IMG/VR virus record: IMGVR_UViG_3300003267_000287
Location: 1 to 64,000 of that record
DNA from: a virus
Length of the DNA: 64,000 nucleotides
Strand: one strand, 5' to 3'
The position numbers and the translations under genes were made by a program. Below are positions 48,024 through 56,697 of this stretch, piece by piece. The notes beneath the pieces are model-generated. The model had not been told where the DNA came from. It searched no databases and saw only the letters and a program-made list of their open reading frames with translations. Each line of letters begins with the position of its first letter. Position 1 is the first letter of the stretch.

Positions 48024-48133
48024 CATTAGAACCGGACGGACAAGGCTTTGGCAGGTGATCACCGAGTGGGACGTGACCATGAACACGGGCAGCTCGGGCC
48101 TAGTCCTGGTGGGTAGCGAGTGGTCCGGATCAT

Positions 48134-48212
48134 CGCAGCGTAGAGGAGTCTGGTTGTCCTCGTCGGGCTCATAACCCGAAGATCGCGGGTTCGAATCCCG
48201 CCGCTGCAACCA
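48134..48212 (+). tRNA. initiator tRNA-fMet(CAT)
   Basis: C1:A72 mismatch, GGG/CCC anticodon stem, loop CTCATAA. Confidence 0.92.
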
Positions 48213-48214
48213 AC

Positions 48215-48290
48215 CCGCCCGTGGCTCAGTGGATAGAGCATCGGGTTCCGGACCCGAAGATCGCAGGTTCGAGTCCTGTCGGGCGGGCCA
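48215..48290 (+). tRNA. tRNA-Arg(CCG)
   Basis: loop TTCCGGA; CCA. Confidence 0.92.
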
Positions 48291-48291
48291 A

Positions 48292-48366
48292 GGGCCGGTA
48301 GCTCAACGGTAGAGCAAGGGTCTCTTAAACCCTAGGTTGAGGGTTCGAGCCCCTCCCGGCTCACCA
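48292..48366 (+). tRNA. tRNA-Lys(CTT)
   Basis: loop CTCTTAA; CCA. Confidence 0.92.
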
Positions 48367-48446
48367 CATACCCTCCGCATCGGGCCTGATCGGAGGTACG
48401 AGACGGTGGTACTTCTTGCGAGGATGTGCCACCGTCTCGGCTCGTT

Positions 48447-48522
48447 CGGGGTGTAGCTCAGCTGGAAGAGCGTCTGCTTTGGGAGCAGAAGGTCGCCGGT
48501 TCGAACCCGGCTTCCCCGACCA
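48447..48522 (+). tRNA. tRNA-Pro(TGG)
   Basis: loop TTTGGGA; CCA. Confidence 0.9.
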
Positions 48523-48530
48523 ACATCTTC

Positions 48531-48579
48531 CGAAAAACCCCCTGTTGCGGACCCGGGAGGCCGCTTCAGGGGGTTTTCG
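48531..48579. terminator. terminator after tRNA cluster (possibly bidirectional)
   Basis: AAAAACCCCCTG...CAGGGGGTTTT. Confidence 0.75.
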
Positions 48580-48590
48580 CACGCTAGCAC

Positions 48591-48619
48591 TTCCACTGGT
48601 TGACTGCAAGTGGTACCAT
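48591..48619 (+). promoter_or_regulatory. putative promoter
   Basis: TTCCAC-17-TACCAT with TG extension. Confidence 0.5.
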
Positions 48620-48722
48620 GATGTTCGTCATGTGGCCGTCCCCCCGGGCGTGTGACATGGGGAGTTCGTCTGGAGGGTCCGGTTCAGGCAGGGGCCGGAC
48701 CCTTCAGTCTGTCAAGGAGAGA

Positions 48723-49662
48723 GATGGACAAGACCGCGAAGCCGCCGATCACCAACGTTGGCCCAGATCGTCAGGCCGATGCCAAGCAGCTCACTCGGGA
48801 GCACGCCGAGAAGACCGCCAAGTGGATCAAGGGAACGGTTCAGCCCACTGAGAAGAAGTAATGGGCGTTTCGCTGTTCTCCGCCCCGGTCTCGGGAACAG
48901 CGGACGATCTTCCGGTCTTGATCCTCGGGATCGAGAGCGGGGTCGATCAGAACGGCACCACATCGTCGTGGTTCTCGAACGCGCTCTGCGTGAACGACGA
49001 AGGGCGACTCAAGTTCGTCCGGATGACCCAGATCCAATTGGATTGGCGCTATGACTGGAGGACCCACAGCTGGATCGACACCGGAGACATGAATGGCGAC
49101 ACGCAAGACCCTTCCACTGATGGGAGTCCGGGTGTTCCGGGACTCCTTTCCCAATCTGACCGAGTCGGTCCGAGTGATCCGTTCGACCCGGAAGGGCGAG
49201 AAGCCCCAGGAGATCTTGGGGGTCTGGACACCCGAGAAGAAGGCCCAGGAGAAGACCGCTGATGTCTGAAGATGGCGAAGTCGTCGCGTCCTTCCTCGTT
49301 CGAGTCAACCTCCGCGCCCAGCCCGGCAAGTCGGTCAAGATCCCGACCAACGCCCGCCTCGAGGACCTGATCAAGCAGGCGGTCGAGGACGAGAGTCTCG
49401 AGGGCGGGATGGGCGACTACACGATCAGCGCCTCGGTCAGCTCGGAGCGCCTCGACAAGTGACCGATCGGAAGGTCGTCGTCGGCCGGATCGAGCAGCTC
49501 GAGGGCCGACGGGTTCTCATGCCACTCGACAAGAAGGTTGAGGTAACGAACTACCAGAAGAAGGTCGCTGCCCTGATTGCCGCGGCGTACGTGTACAAGG
49601 CCGAGCACACGGTGGCATCAATTGAGCGCCTGAAGCGGTGCGCCGAGGATCTTCCAGACTGA
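48723..49662 (+). other. four coupled small hypothetical ORFs (48723-48861, 48861-49262, 49262-49462, 49459-49662)
   Basis: overlapping stop/start codons, SD sites. Confidence 0.6.
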
Positions 49663-49669
49663 AATCCTC

Positions 49670-49697
49670 TTGAAACGCACAGTGTGCGTGTTATCGT
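49670..49697 (+). promoter_or_regulatory. putative promoter
   Basis: TTGAAA-16-TATCGT; ACGCAC-agt-GTGCGT palindrome. Confidence 0.5.
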
Positions 49698-49763
49698 TCG
49701 GCCGGAACTGAATACGCACCGCACAGTCGGTTTCCACCCGTAGGCCCGACCTGTGCAATCCCG

Positions 49764-49802
49764 AACGGACGGGACAGCTGAGGGGCTGTCTCGTCCGTTT
49801 TT
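49764..49802 (+). terminator. intrinsic terminator upstream of queD-like gene
   Basis: AACGGACGGGACAGC-loop-GCTGTCTCGTCCGTT ending in T5. Confidence 0.8.
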
Positions 49803-49823
49803 GGTGTGTCTGGAGGGTCTATC

Positions 49824-50186
49824 GTGCGACACGCCACCACAGTCCGGACGGCATTCGAGGCCGGACACTCGGTGGACGGACATTCGATGTGCGGGTGGGT
49901 GGGACATGGTCATCACTGGGAAGTCGAGGTCACCGTTGCGGGGGGCTTGGATCCCAAGAAGGTCTTGGTGGTGGACCACGGCGAGCTTGCCGAAGCGGTC
50001 CGCCGAATCGGTCAGGAACTTGATGGCCACAGCCTCAACGACATGCTCCCCGGAGTCGTCTCCACGCCCGAAGGCGTGGGACTCTATTTCAAGGAACGAC
50101 TAATCCTCGACTGGCCGCTCATCAGCGCGATCCGCGTCGCGATGACGCCGAACATCAACGTCACGATCACGATGGAGACCAGATGA
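49824..50186 (+). CDS. queD: QueD / PTPS-like protein
   Basis: FEAGH...C...HGHHWEVEVTV...LDGHSLND...TPE. Confidence 0.8.
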   Translation: MRHATTVRTAFEAGHSVDGHSMCGWVGHGHHWEVEVTVAGGLDPKKVLVVDHGELAEAVRRIGQELDGHSLNDMLPGVVSTPEGVGLYFKERLILDWPLISAIRVAMTPNINVTITMETR

Positions 50187-50398
50187 GCGTCGTCTTCACC
50201 TGTGAATGCGGTCGGCGGACCACCGAGCCGTACATCATCAGGAACGTGAAGATGTGCGTGATCTGTGCGGACGAGATCCGCCCGGAGGTTGTCGACAGCC
50301 GCGAGCGCTACTACCAGAAGCGCTACGGCACCCAGCTCAAGCACTCGCCGGGTTTCGAGGGAGCGAGCTTTGACCACGGCAAGCGCACTAGTCGTTGA
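50183..50398 (+). CDS. small zinc-finger protein
   Basis: CECG...CVIC. Confidence 0.6.
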   Translation: MSVVFTCECGRRTTEPYIIRNVKMCVICADEIRPEVVDSRERYYQKRYGTQLKHSPGFEGASFDHGKRTSR

Positions 50399-51017
50399 GC
50401 CGATCTGGCTGTCGCCAGCGGTCATCAGTCCGAACCCGTGGAACCCGAACGTCATGGATCCCGACATGCTCGAGTACGCCCGAGCGTCGATCCAGAAGTT
50501 TGGCTTCGTCGATCCGGTCACCTGCCGCCATCTGGGCGAGGACCTCTACCAGATCATCGACGGCGAACACCGCTGGCGGATCGCCCAGGAGATGGGGCTC
50601 GAGCTCATCCCGGTGATGAACCTCGGGCCGCTCGCCGACTCGATCGCACAGCAGCTGACCATCGTCCTCAACGAGACTCGAGGGCAGGCCAATCCGGAGA
50701 AGCTGGGCCGCCTTCTCCGGGATCTGATGGCCGTCGAGACCAAGGAGTCCTTGCTCTCGACCCTGCCGTACACGCGAGAGGCGCTCGACCGGCTGACGGG
50801 TCTTCCGTCCATGACGTGGGAGGGGTTGGACCGCCCCCAGCGACCCACTCTTCCGGCCGAGCGCCCCTCCGCGTGGGTCGAGCGGACCTACCGAATGCCA
50901 AAGGAGTCGGCCGCCGTGATTGATCAGGCAATCGCCAAGGTCCGCGATGAGGAGCCCCAGGACGTGTCGGACTGGCAGGCGCTCGAGCTCATCGCGGCGG
51001 ACTTCCTCGGAGGCTGA
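50370..51017 (+). CDS. ParB N-terminal domain protein
   Basis: PNPWNPN, SIQKFGFVDP, IIDGEHRW. Confidence 0.88.
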   Translation: MTTASALVVEPIWLSPAVISPNPWNPNVMDPDMLEYARASIQKFGFVDPVTCRHLGEDLYQIIDGEHRWRIAQEMGLELIPVMNLGPLADSIAQQLTIVLNETRGQANPEKLGRLLRDLMAVETKESLLSTLPYTREALDRLTGLPSMTWEGLDRPQRPTLPAERPSAWVERTYRMPKESAAVIDQAIAKVRDEEPQDVSDWQALELIAADFLGG

Positions 51018-51019
51018 CG

Positions 51020-51460
51020 TTGACCCGTTCGGAGTTCCAGCCGGGCCCTGCCCAGGATCACTATCACGACACGCTTGGAGTCAACGATTCGATCGGTGAT
51101 GACGGCCGTCCGCTCTCGGTTGTCGTGGACGACGACGGCATCACCCGCGTGTCCGTGACCTCCCCAGGAACGCCGGACGACTACCTCGCCTGGCAGAGCG
51201 GTGCGGCCCAGTTGTCGATCTACACGAAGGACTGGGACGATGAGGGGAGTGCGTTCTCGGTCGTCAGCTTCGTCGACACCGGGTCGCCCCACACGGTCGC
51301 CGAGATCAGTACCGGTGGGGAGTTTTTCGTCCGCCCGACCGGCGAACACGAGCGCCCGATCCTGGAGGTCCGGGATCACGACAACAACAAGGTCTTCACC
51401 GTCGACGCTGACGGCACGGTCCACATCAAGACCGGCACGAGCATCGTGGCGGATCTCTAG
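51020..51460 (+). CDS. hypothetical protein, MTRSEFQ paralog 1
   Basis: beta-rich; N-terminus shared with 53339 ORF. Confidence 0.7.
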   Translation: MTRSEFQPGPAQDHYHDTLGVNDSIGDDGRPLSVVVDDDGITRVSVTSPGTPDDYLAWQSGAAQLSIYTKDWDDEGSAFSVVSFVDTGSPHTVAEISTGGEFFVRPTGEHERPILEVRDHDNNKVFTVDADGTVHIKTGTSIVADL

Positions 51461-51475
51461 GAGTGTGTACCTGCC

Positions 51476-52015
51476 GTGACCGTCCGCAAGCACGACTACC
51501 GCAACCTGGAACGCGAGTACATCACGACCGATATCAGCATCCGGGCCCTCTGCCGCAAGCATGGAATCAAGGGCTACAGCTCGGTCGCCCAGTTCGCTCG
51601 GGAGAACGGCTGGGAGGAGAAGCGAGCCCGGATCCAGGGCCGCGCCCAGGACAAGCTGACGGAACGGGTCTCGGACCAGATCGCGGAGGCTGAAGCCTCG
51701 CTCATCGAGACCGTTCGCTCGGAGTGGATCACGGTCATCCGGGCCGCGACCTACAAGTTCGCCGAGGATCTGAAGGACCCGTCCTATCGGATCCGCGTCG
51801 ACGACCTCATCCGCCTGATCGAGAAGGGCCTGGTCCTCCTCGGTGAACCGAGCGATCGGACAGAGGAGCGCCATCTTGCACTCACCGGAACCCTCGAGGG
51901 ACTGGGACCCGACTTCTTCCGACGACTGGCTGAAAGCACTCGACCCGTCAAGTCTGTCGGACCAGGATCGGGAGATCCTCCACAGCTGGGCGCTGAGAAG
52001 CCTCGCCCGAACTGA
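51476..52015 (+). CDS. terminase small subunit (probable)
   Basis: N-terminal HTH (EYIT...SIRALCRKHG...W), directly upstream of TerL. Confidence 0.7.
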   Translation: MTVRKHDYRNLEREYITTDISIRALCRKHGIKGYSSVAQFARENGWEEKRARIQGRAQDKLTERVSDQIAEAEASLIETVRSEWITVIRAATYKFAEDLKDPSYRIRVDDLIRLIEKGLVLLGEPSDRTEERHLALTGTLEGLGPDFFRRLAESTRPVKSVGPGSGDPPQLGAEKPRPN

Positions 52016-53342
52016 CGTCTTCGCGTTCGGCGAGTACGTCTTCGGCTACGACGCCGCGGCCCACCATCGCGAGATGGTCGACGCGATCAACGCCGCCATC
52101 TCGACGCGGACCAACACGGTCATCCTCGAGCCCCGCGGTGGCGCGAAGACGACCTGGGGCAACACGATCAACCTCACCAAGCTGATCGCCGACAACCCCG
52201 ACATCCGGATCGGCCTGGTCTCGAACACCGCCAAGCAGGCCAACGACTTCAGCCGGGCGATCCGCTGGACGCTCGAGTCGAACCCGAAGATGCACGAGGT
52301 CTACGGCAACCTCGTGTCGACCTCGAAGTGGACCGACGTCGAGTGGCTCCGGGCTGAGAGCCGCTGGCACGGCTCCAAGGACGTCACGCTGTACGCGGCG
52401 GGCGCAGGCGGCGCGATCATCTCGAAGCGATTCGACGTGATCCTGTGCGACGACATTCTCGACGAGGAGAACTGCGCCAACATTGAGCAGCGCGAGAAGA
52501 TCGAGAACTGGTTCTTCAAGACGCTGATCCCGTGTCTCGTCCCAGATGGTGTGGTGATTGTTCTCGGCACCCGCTGGGCCGAAGAGGATCTGTACGAACG
52601 CCTGTCGACCCCGGTCGATCGCGGCGGCAAGGGCTGGCAGCTCCTGACCCGCAAGGCGCTCATCGAGCACCCCGACGGCGAGCTCGAGAGCTACTGGCCC
52701 GAGCACTGGCCGGTCGAGACGCTGCTCCAGAAGAAGATCGAGCTCGGGACGGCGCTCTTCTCGTGCGCCTACCAGAACGACATCTCGGGCCTGATGGCCG
52801 GGAACGTCTTCCGCAAGGAGTACTTCCAGTACTTCGACATGCTCGATCCGGACAAGAACTACACGATCCGGATGGGCGTCGACCTCGCCTCCTCAGAGAA
52901 GGAGCGGGCGGACTACACCGCGCGGGTCACGACGGCTGAGGACGACGAGGGCAACTTCTACGTCCTATCGGTCGCGCGCGACAAGCGCGAGACGCACCAC
53001 GCCGAGTTCGTGAACGACGGCTTCATGGCCTATCCGAACATGAACCTGGTGATCTGCGAGAGCCAGCAGTTCCAGTCGACCCTGATCCAGGAGGTCATGC
53101 GGGACTACCCGCGGATCCCGATCGAGGGCAAGAAGTCGGACGTCGACAAGGTGACCCGGGCCCGGGCCGTCGCCGCCAAGTTCGAGGGCCACAAGATCTT
53201 CCTCCGCCGAACCCTCAAGGACTCCGACTTCGAGCGGGAGCTGCTGAGCTTCCCCAAGGGCCACGACGACATGGTCGACGCCCTCGGCTTCTCGATGGAC
53301 CTTGGAGGCGGCGGCTTCATCTTCGGGAGCCTCCGCCGATGA
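51876..53342 (+). CDS. terL: terminase large subunit
   Basis: PRGGAKT, ILCDD, GTRW, GVDLA...DYTA, HDDMVDA; TTG start with GAGGAG SD. Confidence 0.93.
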   Translation: MHSPEPSRDWDPTSSDDWLKALDPSSLSDQDREILHSWALRSLARTDVFAFGEYVFGYDAAAHHREMVDAINAAISTRTNTVILEPRGGAKTTWGNTINLTKLIADNPDIRIGLVSNTAKQANDFSRAIRWTLESNPKMHEVYGNLVSTSKWTDVEWLRAESRWHGSKDVTLYAAGAGGAIISKRFDVILCDDILDEENCANIEQREKIENWFFKTLIPCLVPDGVVIVLGTRWAEEDLYERLSTPVDRGGKGWQLLTRKALIEHPDGELESYWPEHWPVETLLQKKIELGTALFSCAYQNDISGLMAGNVFRKEYFQYFDMLDPDKNYTIRMGVDLASSEKERADYTARVTTAEDDEGNFYVLSVARDKRETHHAEFVNDGFMAYPNMNLVICESQQFQSTLIQEVMRDYPRIPIEGKKSDVDKVTRARAVAAKFEGHKIFLRRTLKDSDFERELLSFPKGHDDMVDALGFSMDLGGGGFIFGSLRR

Positions 53343-53887
53343 CCAGATCCGAGTTCCAGCGGGGGCCCGCCCAGGATCATTACCACGACACGCTCGGCGT
53401 CGACGAGACGACGCCGTCTGGCGGCTTGCCGACGACGTGGGCCGTCGACGACAGGTCCATCAGCGTCGACGGTCGGGTTGACATCTACGGTTACGACGTC
53501 GAGTTTGACAACGGCCAACTGCTCTTCGGTGCTGACTCATACGCTGTCATCTCCGTTGGCGACACCCAGGTCGAGCTCACCCAGGACCGCCTGGCCTTCA
53601 CCGCTGGCGAGTCTGGATTCGACCTGAGCCAGGGTGGGGATCGCCAGACCACGCTGGTCATTTCGCCCGACGTCCCGACCGGACCGTCGAACGGTCGCCT
53701 CTGGCTCCAGATCAATCCCGGATCCGGGATCGGTCGGCTGTGGATTCATGGGGACGGCGCGTGGCACCGCCTCCTGACCGACAGCCCCGCCTACTGGGGC
53801 AACTTGCCCCAGACCGACCCAGCGGTGTTCGGCGAGCTCTGGGTTGATCCGAACGCCGACCACGTCGTCAAGGTGAGCCAGGGATGA
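53339..53887 (+). CDS. hypothetical protein, MTRSEFQ paralog 2
   Basis: ATGA coupling; C-term LPQTDPAVFGELW. Confidence 0.7.
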   Translation: MTRSEFQRGPAQDHYHDTLGVDETTPSGGLPTTWAVDDRSISVDGRVDIYGYDVEFDNGQLLFGADSYAVISVGDTQVELTQDRLAFTAGESGFDLSQGGDRQTTLVISPDVPTGPSNGRLWLQINPGSGIGRLWIHGDGAWHRLLTDSPAYWGNLPQTDPAVFGELWVDPNADHVVKVSQG

Positions 53888-54081
53888 GCGAGGTCGTCTT
53901 CCGCGACGGGAAGCGTGAGGTCCCGAACCATCTGGCTGCGTTGATGAGCGAGCTCGACACCTACAAGCTGACCTACGAGGAGGCGGTCGCCGCCGCCAAC
54001 AAGAAGCTCGTGTCGGATCACCTGGACAAGACGTTCGGGAAGATCGTCTCCCAGCACTTCGAGAACTGGCGGAGCCGATGA
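53884..54081 (+). CDS. small hypothetical protein
   Basis: ATGA coupling on both sides. Confidence 0.65.
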   Translation: MSEVVFRDGKREVPNHLAALMSELDTYKLTYEEAVAAANKKLVSDHLDKTFGKIVSQHFENWRSR

Positions 54082-55415
54082 GTTGGATTGGCGAAGTCTG
54101 GAAGGCGGCGACCCGTCAGTCCAGTCCGAAGAACGTCCCGGCCTCGTCCGCGCTCGTCATGCAGGAGCGTGGCCGGGTCGCCAAAGCGAACGTCCAGCTC
54201 TTCCGTCACTGGGCTGAGCATTCGGAGTGGATCCGAGCGGCGATCAACGTCCGCAAGAACCAGGTCAGCTCGGCCGAGTGGGACATTGTCCCGTTCGATC
54301 CCCAGAAGCCGTACAGCGAAACGCTCAAGAACCAGATCAAGCAGATCTTCGACCGTCCCAACCCGTCAGCCGACAGCTTCCGCTCGTTCGTCGAGCCGGT
54401 TCTCGAAGACGTCCTGGTGCTCGATGCGGGCGTGGTCGAGAAGGTCAAGACGCTCCGCGGACAGGTCGCCCAGCTGTGGCCGGTCGATGGCGGGAAGATC
54501 CGCGTCAACTCGCTCTGGGACGGCGGAGAGGAGCCCCGGTACTACTGGTATCCGGACGGCTTCCTCCGGGCGGCGTTCAAGAACGAGGACATGCTCTACG
54601 TGATGGCCAACCCGGCGACGTACCGGGTGGTTGGCCTCGCTCCGCTCGAGACCCTGAAGCTGACCGTTGACGCGGAGCTGTCGGGGCATTCATACAACCA
54701 CCGTCAGGTCGTGAACGCGGCCCCGGATGGAATGCTCGATCTCGGCGAGGGGGCTCGTCCGGAGCAGGTCGAGCAGTTCAAGTCCTATTGGTTCAACGAG
54801 GTCGCAGGCAAAGGCGCGATGGCCTTTGTCGGCGGAACGAAGAACGCCAAGTTCATCCCGTTCCGCAGCTCGAACCGGGACATGCAGTTCCTCGAGTGGC
54901 AGCAGTACCTCGTTCGCAAGATCTGCGCGGTGTTCGGTCTCTCCCCCCAGGACCTCGGTCTGAGCTTTGATGTCAACCGAGCCAACGGCGAGGTTCTCCA
55001 GGAGAACACCGACGACCGCGGTATCCGACCCCTGATGGGCCTCCTCCAGGACTATTTCACGCGGGAAATCGTCTGGGACGAGGGCTTCGGCGGATCGGAC
55101 AACAACCTTGCCTTCCGGTTCACGCGCCTCAACCTGCGCGACTCGTTGGCTCAAGCCCAGGTCCAGAAGATCCAGCTCGCGGGTCTTCCGACACGCTCGA
55201 TCAACGAAGTCCGCAAGGAGCAGGGCCTCGAGCCGTGGGGTCCCGAGTTCGACATCCCGATGGTCGTGACCCCGACCGGCGCCGTCCGGCTCGACAAGGT
55301 TCCGACCGCGCAGGACGTCGTTGATGCAAAGCAGAAGCCGCCCGCCGGTTCGACAGGAGCGCCCGCTGAGGGACGAGCTTCCTCCGGGTCGAGCAGCAAG
55401 GGCATCGAGGAGTAA
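54078..55415 (+). CDS. portal protein (HK97 family)
   Basis: GLAPLE, DMQFLE...ICAVFGLSPQDLG, SINEVRKEQGLEP. Confidence 0.93.
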   Translation: MSWIGEVWKAATRQSSPKNVPASSALVMQERGRVAKANVQLFRHWAEHSEWIRAAINVRKNQVSSAEWDIVPFDPQKPYSETLKNQIKQIFDRPNPSADSFRSFVEPVLEDVLVLDAGVVEKVKTLRGQVAQLWPVDGGKIRVNSLWDGGEEPRYYWYPDGFLRAAFKNEDMLYVMANPATYRVVGLAPLETLKLTVDAELSGHSYNHRQVVNAAPDGMLDLGEGARPEQVEQFKSYWFNEVAGKGAMAFVGGTKNAKFIPFRSSNRDMQFLEWQQYLVRKICAVFGLSPQDLGLSFDVNRANGEVLQENTDDRGIRPLMGLLQDYFTREIVWDEGFGGSDNNLAFRFTRLNLRDSLAQAQVQKIQLAGLPTRSINEVRKEQGLEPWGPEFDIPMVVTPTGAVRLDKVPTAQDVVDAKQKPPAGSTGAPAEGRASSGSSSKGIEE

Positions 55416-55418
55416 CCA

Positions 55419-55904
55419 ATGGCTGCGTCTCTCTCCCTCCGGGTGTACACGAGCACCGGCCCGACCGAGTCGAGCTCGGTCTCGGGCGCCGACCTGATCA
55501 GCGCGGACAACGCGACCAACTCGCTGGCCAACCGCCAGGCGAACCCGATCACGGTCGGCACGAACAGCTACGAGAAGTGGCTCAAGCTCAAGATCGACAC
55601 CGCCCCCGCCAACGCCGTCACCAACTTCAAGATCTGGGGCGACGGCGCGGTGCAGACCTCGACCACGCTCGTCTTCACCGCCGCGTACGTGACCTATCAG
55701 CAGGGCACGACCGCGAGCTCGACGATCGCGAACACCACGTTCACGAACTTCACGTCGGGCAACAAGGCGACCTGGGACAGCGCGTCCTACAGCGCGACGA
55801 ACGCCACGACCAAGTTCGTCGTCTTCCAGCTCCAGGTCGACGCGACCGCTCCGGCGGGCAACTGGACCCAGGAGACCGTCAACTACAGCTACGACGAGAC
55901 GTAG
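55419..55904 (+). CDS. Thr/Ser-rich putative virion protein
   Basis: 161 aa; NSYEKWL; ends YSYDET. Confidence 0.7.
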   Translation: MAASLSLRVYTSTGPTESSSVSGADLISADNATNSLANRQANPITVGTNSYEKWLKLKIDTAPANAVTNFKIWGDGAVQTSTTLVFTAAYVTYQQGTTASSTIANTTFTNFTSGNKATWDSASYSATNATTKFVVFQLQVDATAPAGNWTQETVNYSYDET

Positions 55905-55906
55905 AA

Positions 55907-55996
55907 ATGGACTGGCGATGGCTGGCCGTTCTGTTGCTCGTTCTGATCGTGCTGGTGTTGATCGGCGCGGTCCATTTCAGCTTCTCGGTCGGATAA
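55907..55996 (+). CDS. single-TM peptide
   Basis: MDWRWLAVLLLVLIVLVLIGAVHFSFSVG. Confidence 0.5.
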   Translation: MDWRWLAVLLLVLIVLVLIGAVHFSFSVG

Positions 55997-56016
55997 GCCG
56001 CTGGCGAGGAGGGAAT

Positions 56017-56697
56017 GTGTCGCTCGCCGTGCTCTGCCCCTCACGGGGTAGACCGGACAAAGCGGTCGAGTGCTATCGGTCGTTCCTCGATACGAAGCAC
56101 TCGGCCGACACCGAAATGCTGTTCGTCCTCGATGCCGACGACGACTTCGATTCGTATGCTGGGCTTCCATCGATCGTCGTGATGCCGACCGGTCGTCGCG
56201 GGATGACCGATCCGGTGAACACCGCCATCCGGAGCCTGTGGGATCGCTATGACATCGTCGGGTTCGTGGGAGACGACCATCGATTTCGGACCTCCGGCTG
56301 GGACCGCGTCTTCGTGGACCAGCTCGGACGGGCCGGTGGGGGCCTCGTTTACGGTAACGACAAGAACTGGCGGGACGGAGAGATCCCAACCCAGATCTTC
56401 GGTTCGGCCGCCATCTGGCGAGCCCTCGGCTGGATGGCGCTTCCAGCTTGTCAGCACCTCTATCTCGACAACGCCTGGCGTCACATCGGGGAGTCCCTGG
56501 AGCGGCTCTATTACTTCCCGGACGTGATCATCGAGCACATGCACCCGGCCTACGCGAAAGCGGAGTGGGACGAAGGCTATCGAGCTGTGAACAGCTCGGA
56601 GATGTACAACCACGATCGCGCGGCGTTCGAAGACTGGGTCGCTGGCTCCGCCTCGGAGGATCTCGACCGTGTCCGACGCGCCCTCGATCTCGCCTGA
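56017..56697 (+). CDS. GT-A fold glycosyltransferase
   Basis: VLCPSRGRP, FVLDADD, GDDH, YLDN, IIEHMHP. Confidence 0.8.
   Translation: MSLAVLCPSRGRPDKAVECYRSFLDTKHSADTEMLFVLDADDDFDSYAGLPSIVVMPTGRRGMTDPVNTAIRSLWDRYDIVGFVGDDHRFRTSGWDRVFVDQLGRAGGGLVYGNDKNWRDGEIPTQIFGSAAIWRALGWMALPACQHLYLDNAWRHIGESLERLYYFPDVIIEHMHPAYAKAEWDEGYRAVNSSEMYNHDRAAFEDWVAGSASEDLDRVRRALDLA

Noticed and set aside
49704-49802. Class I preQ1 riboswitch
   Set aside because: No matching stem-loop consensus or A-rich tail; kept only as unknown leader
17365-51017. Other ORFs ending in GG (17365-17826, 29408-29665, 50370-51017) as ubiquitin-like
   Set aside because: Wrong size or known other fold; GG explained by overlapping G-rich SD-like sequence
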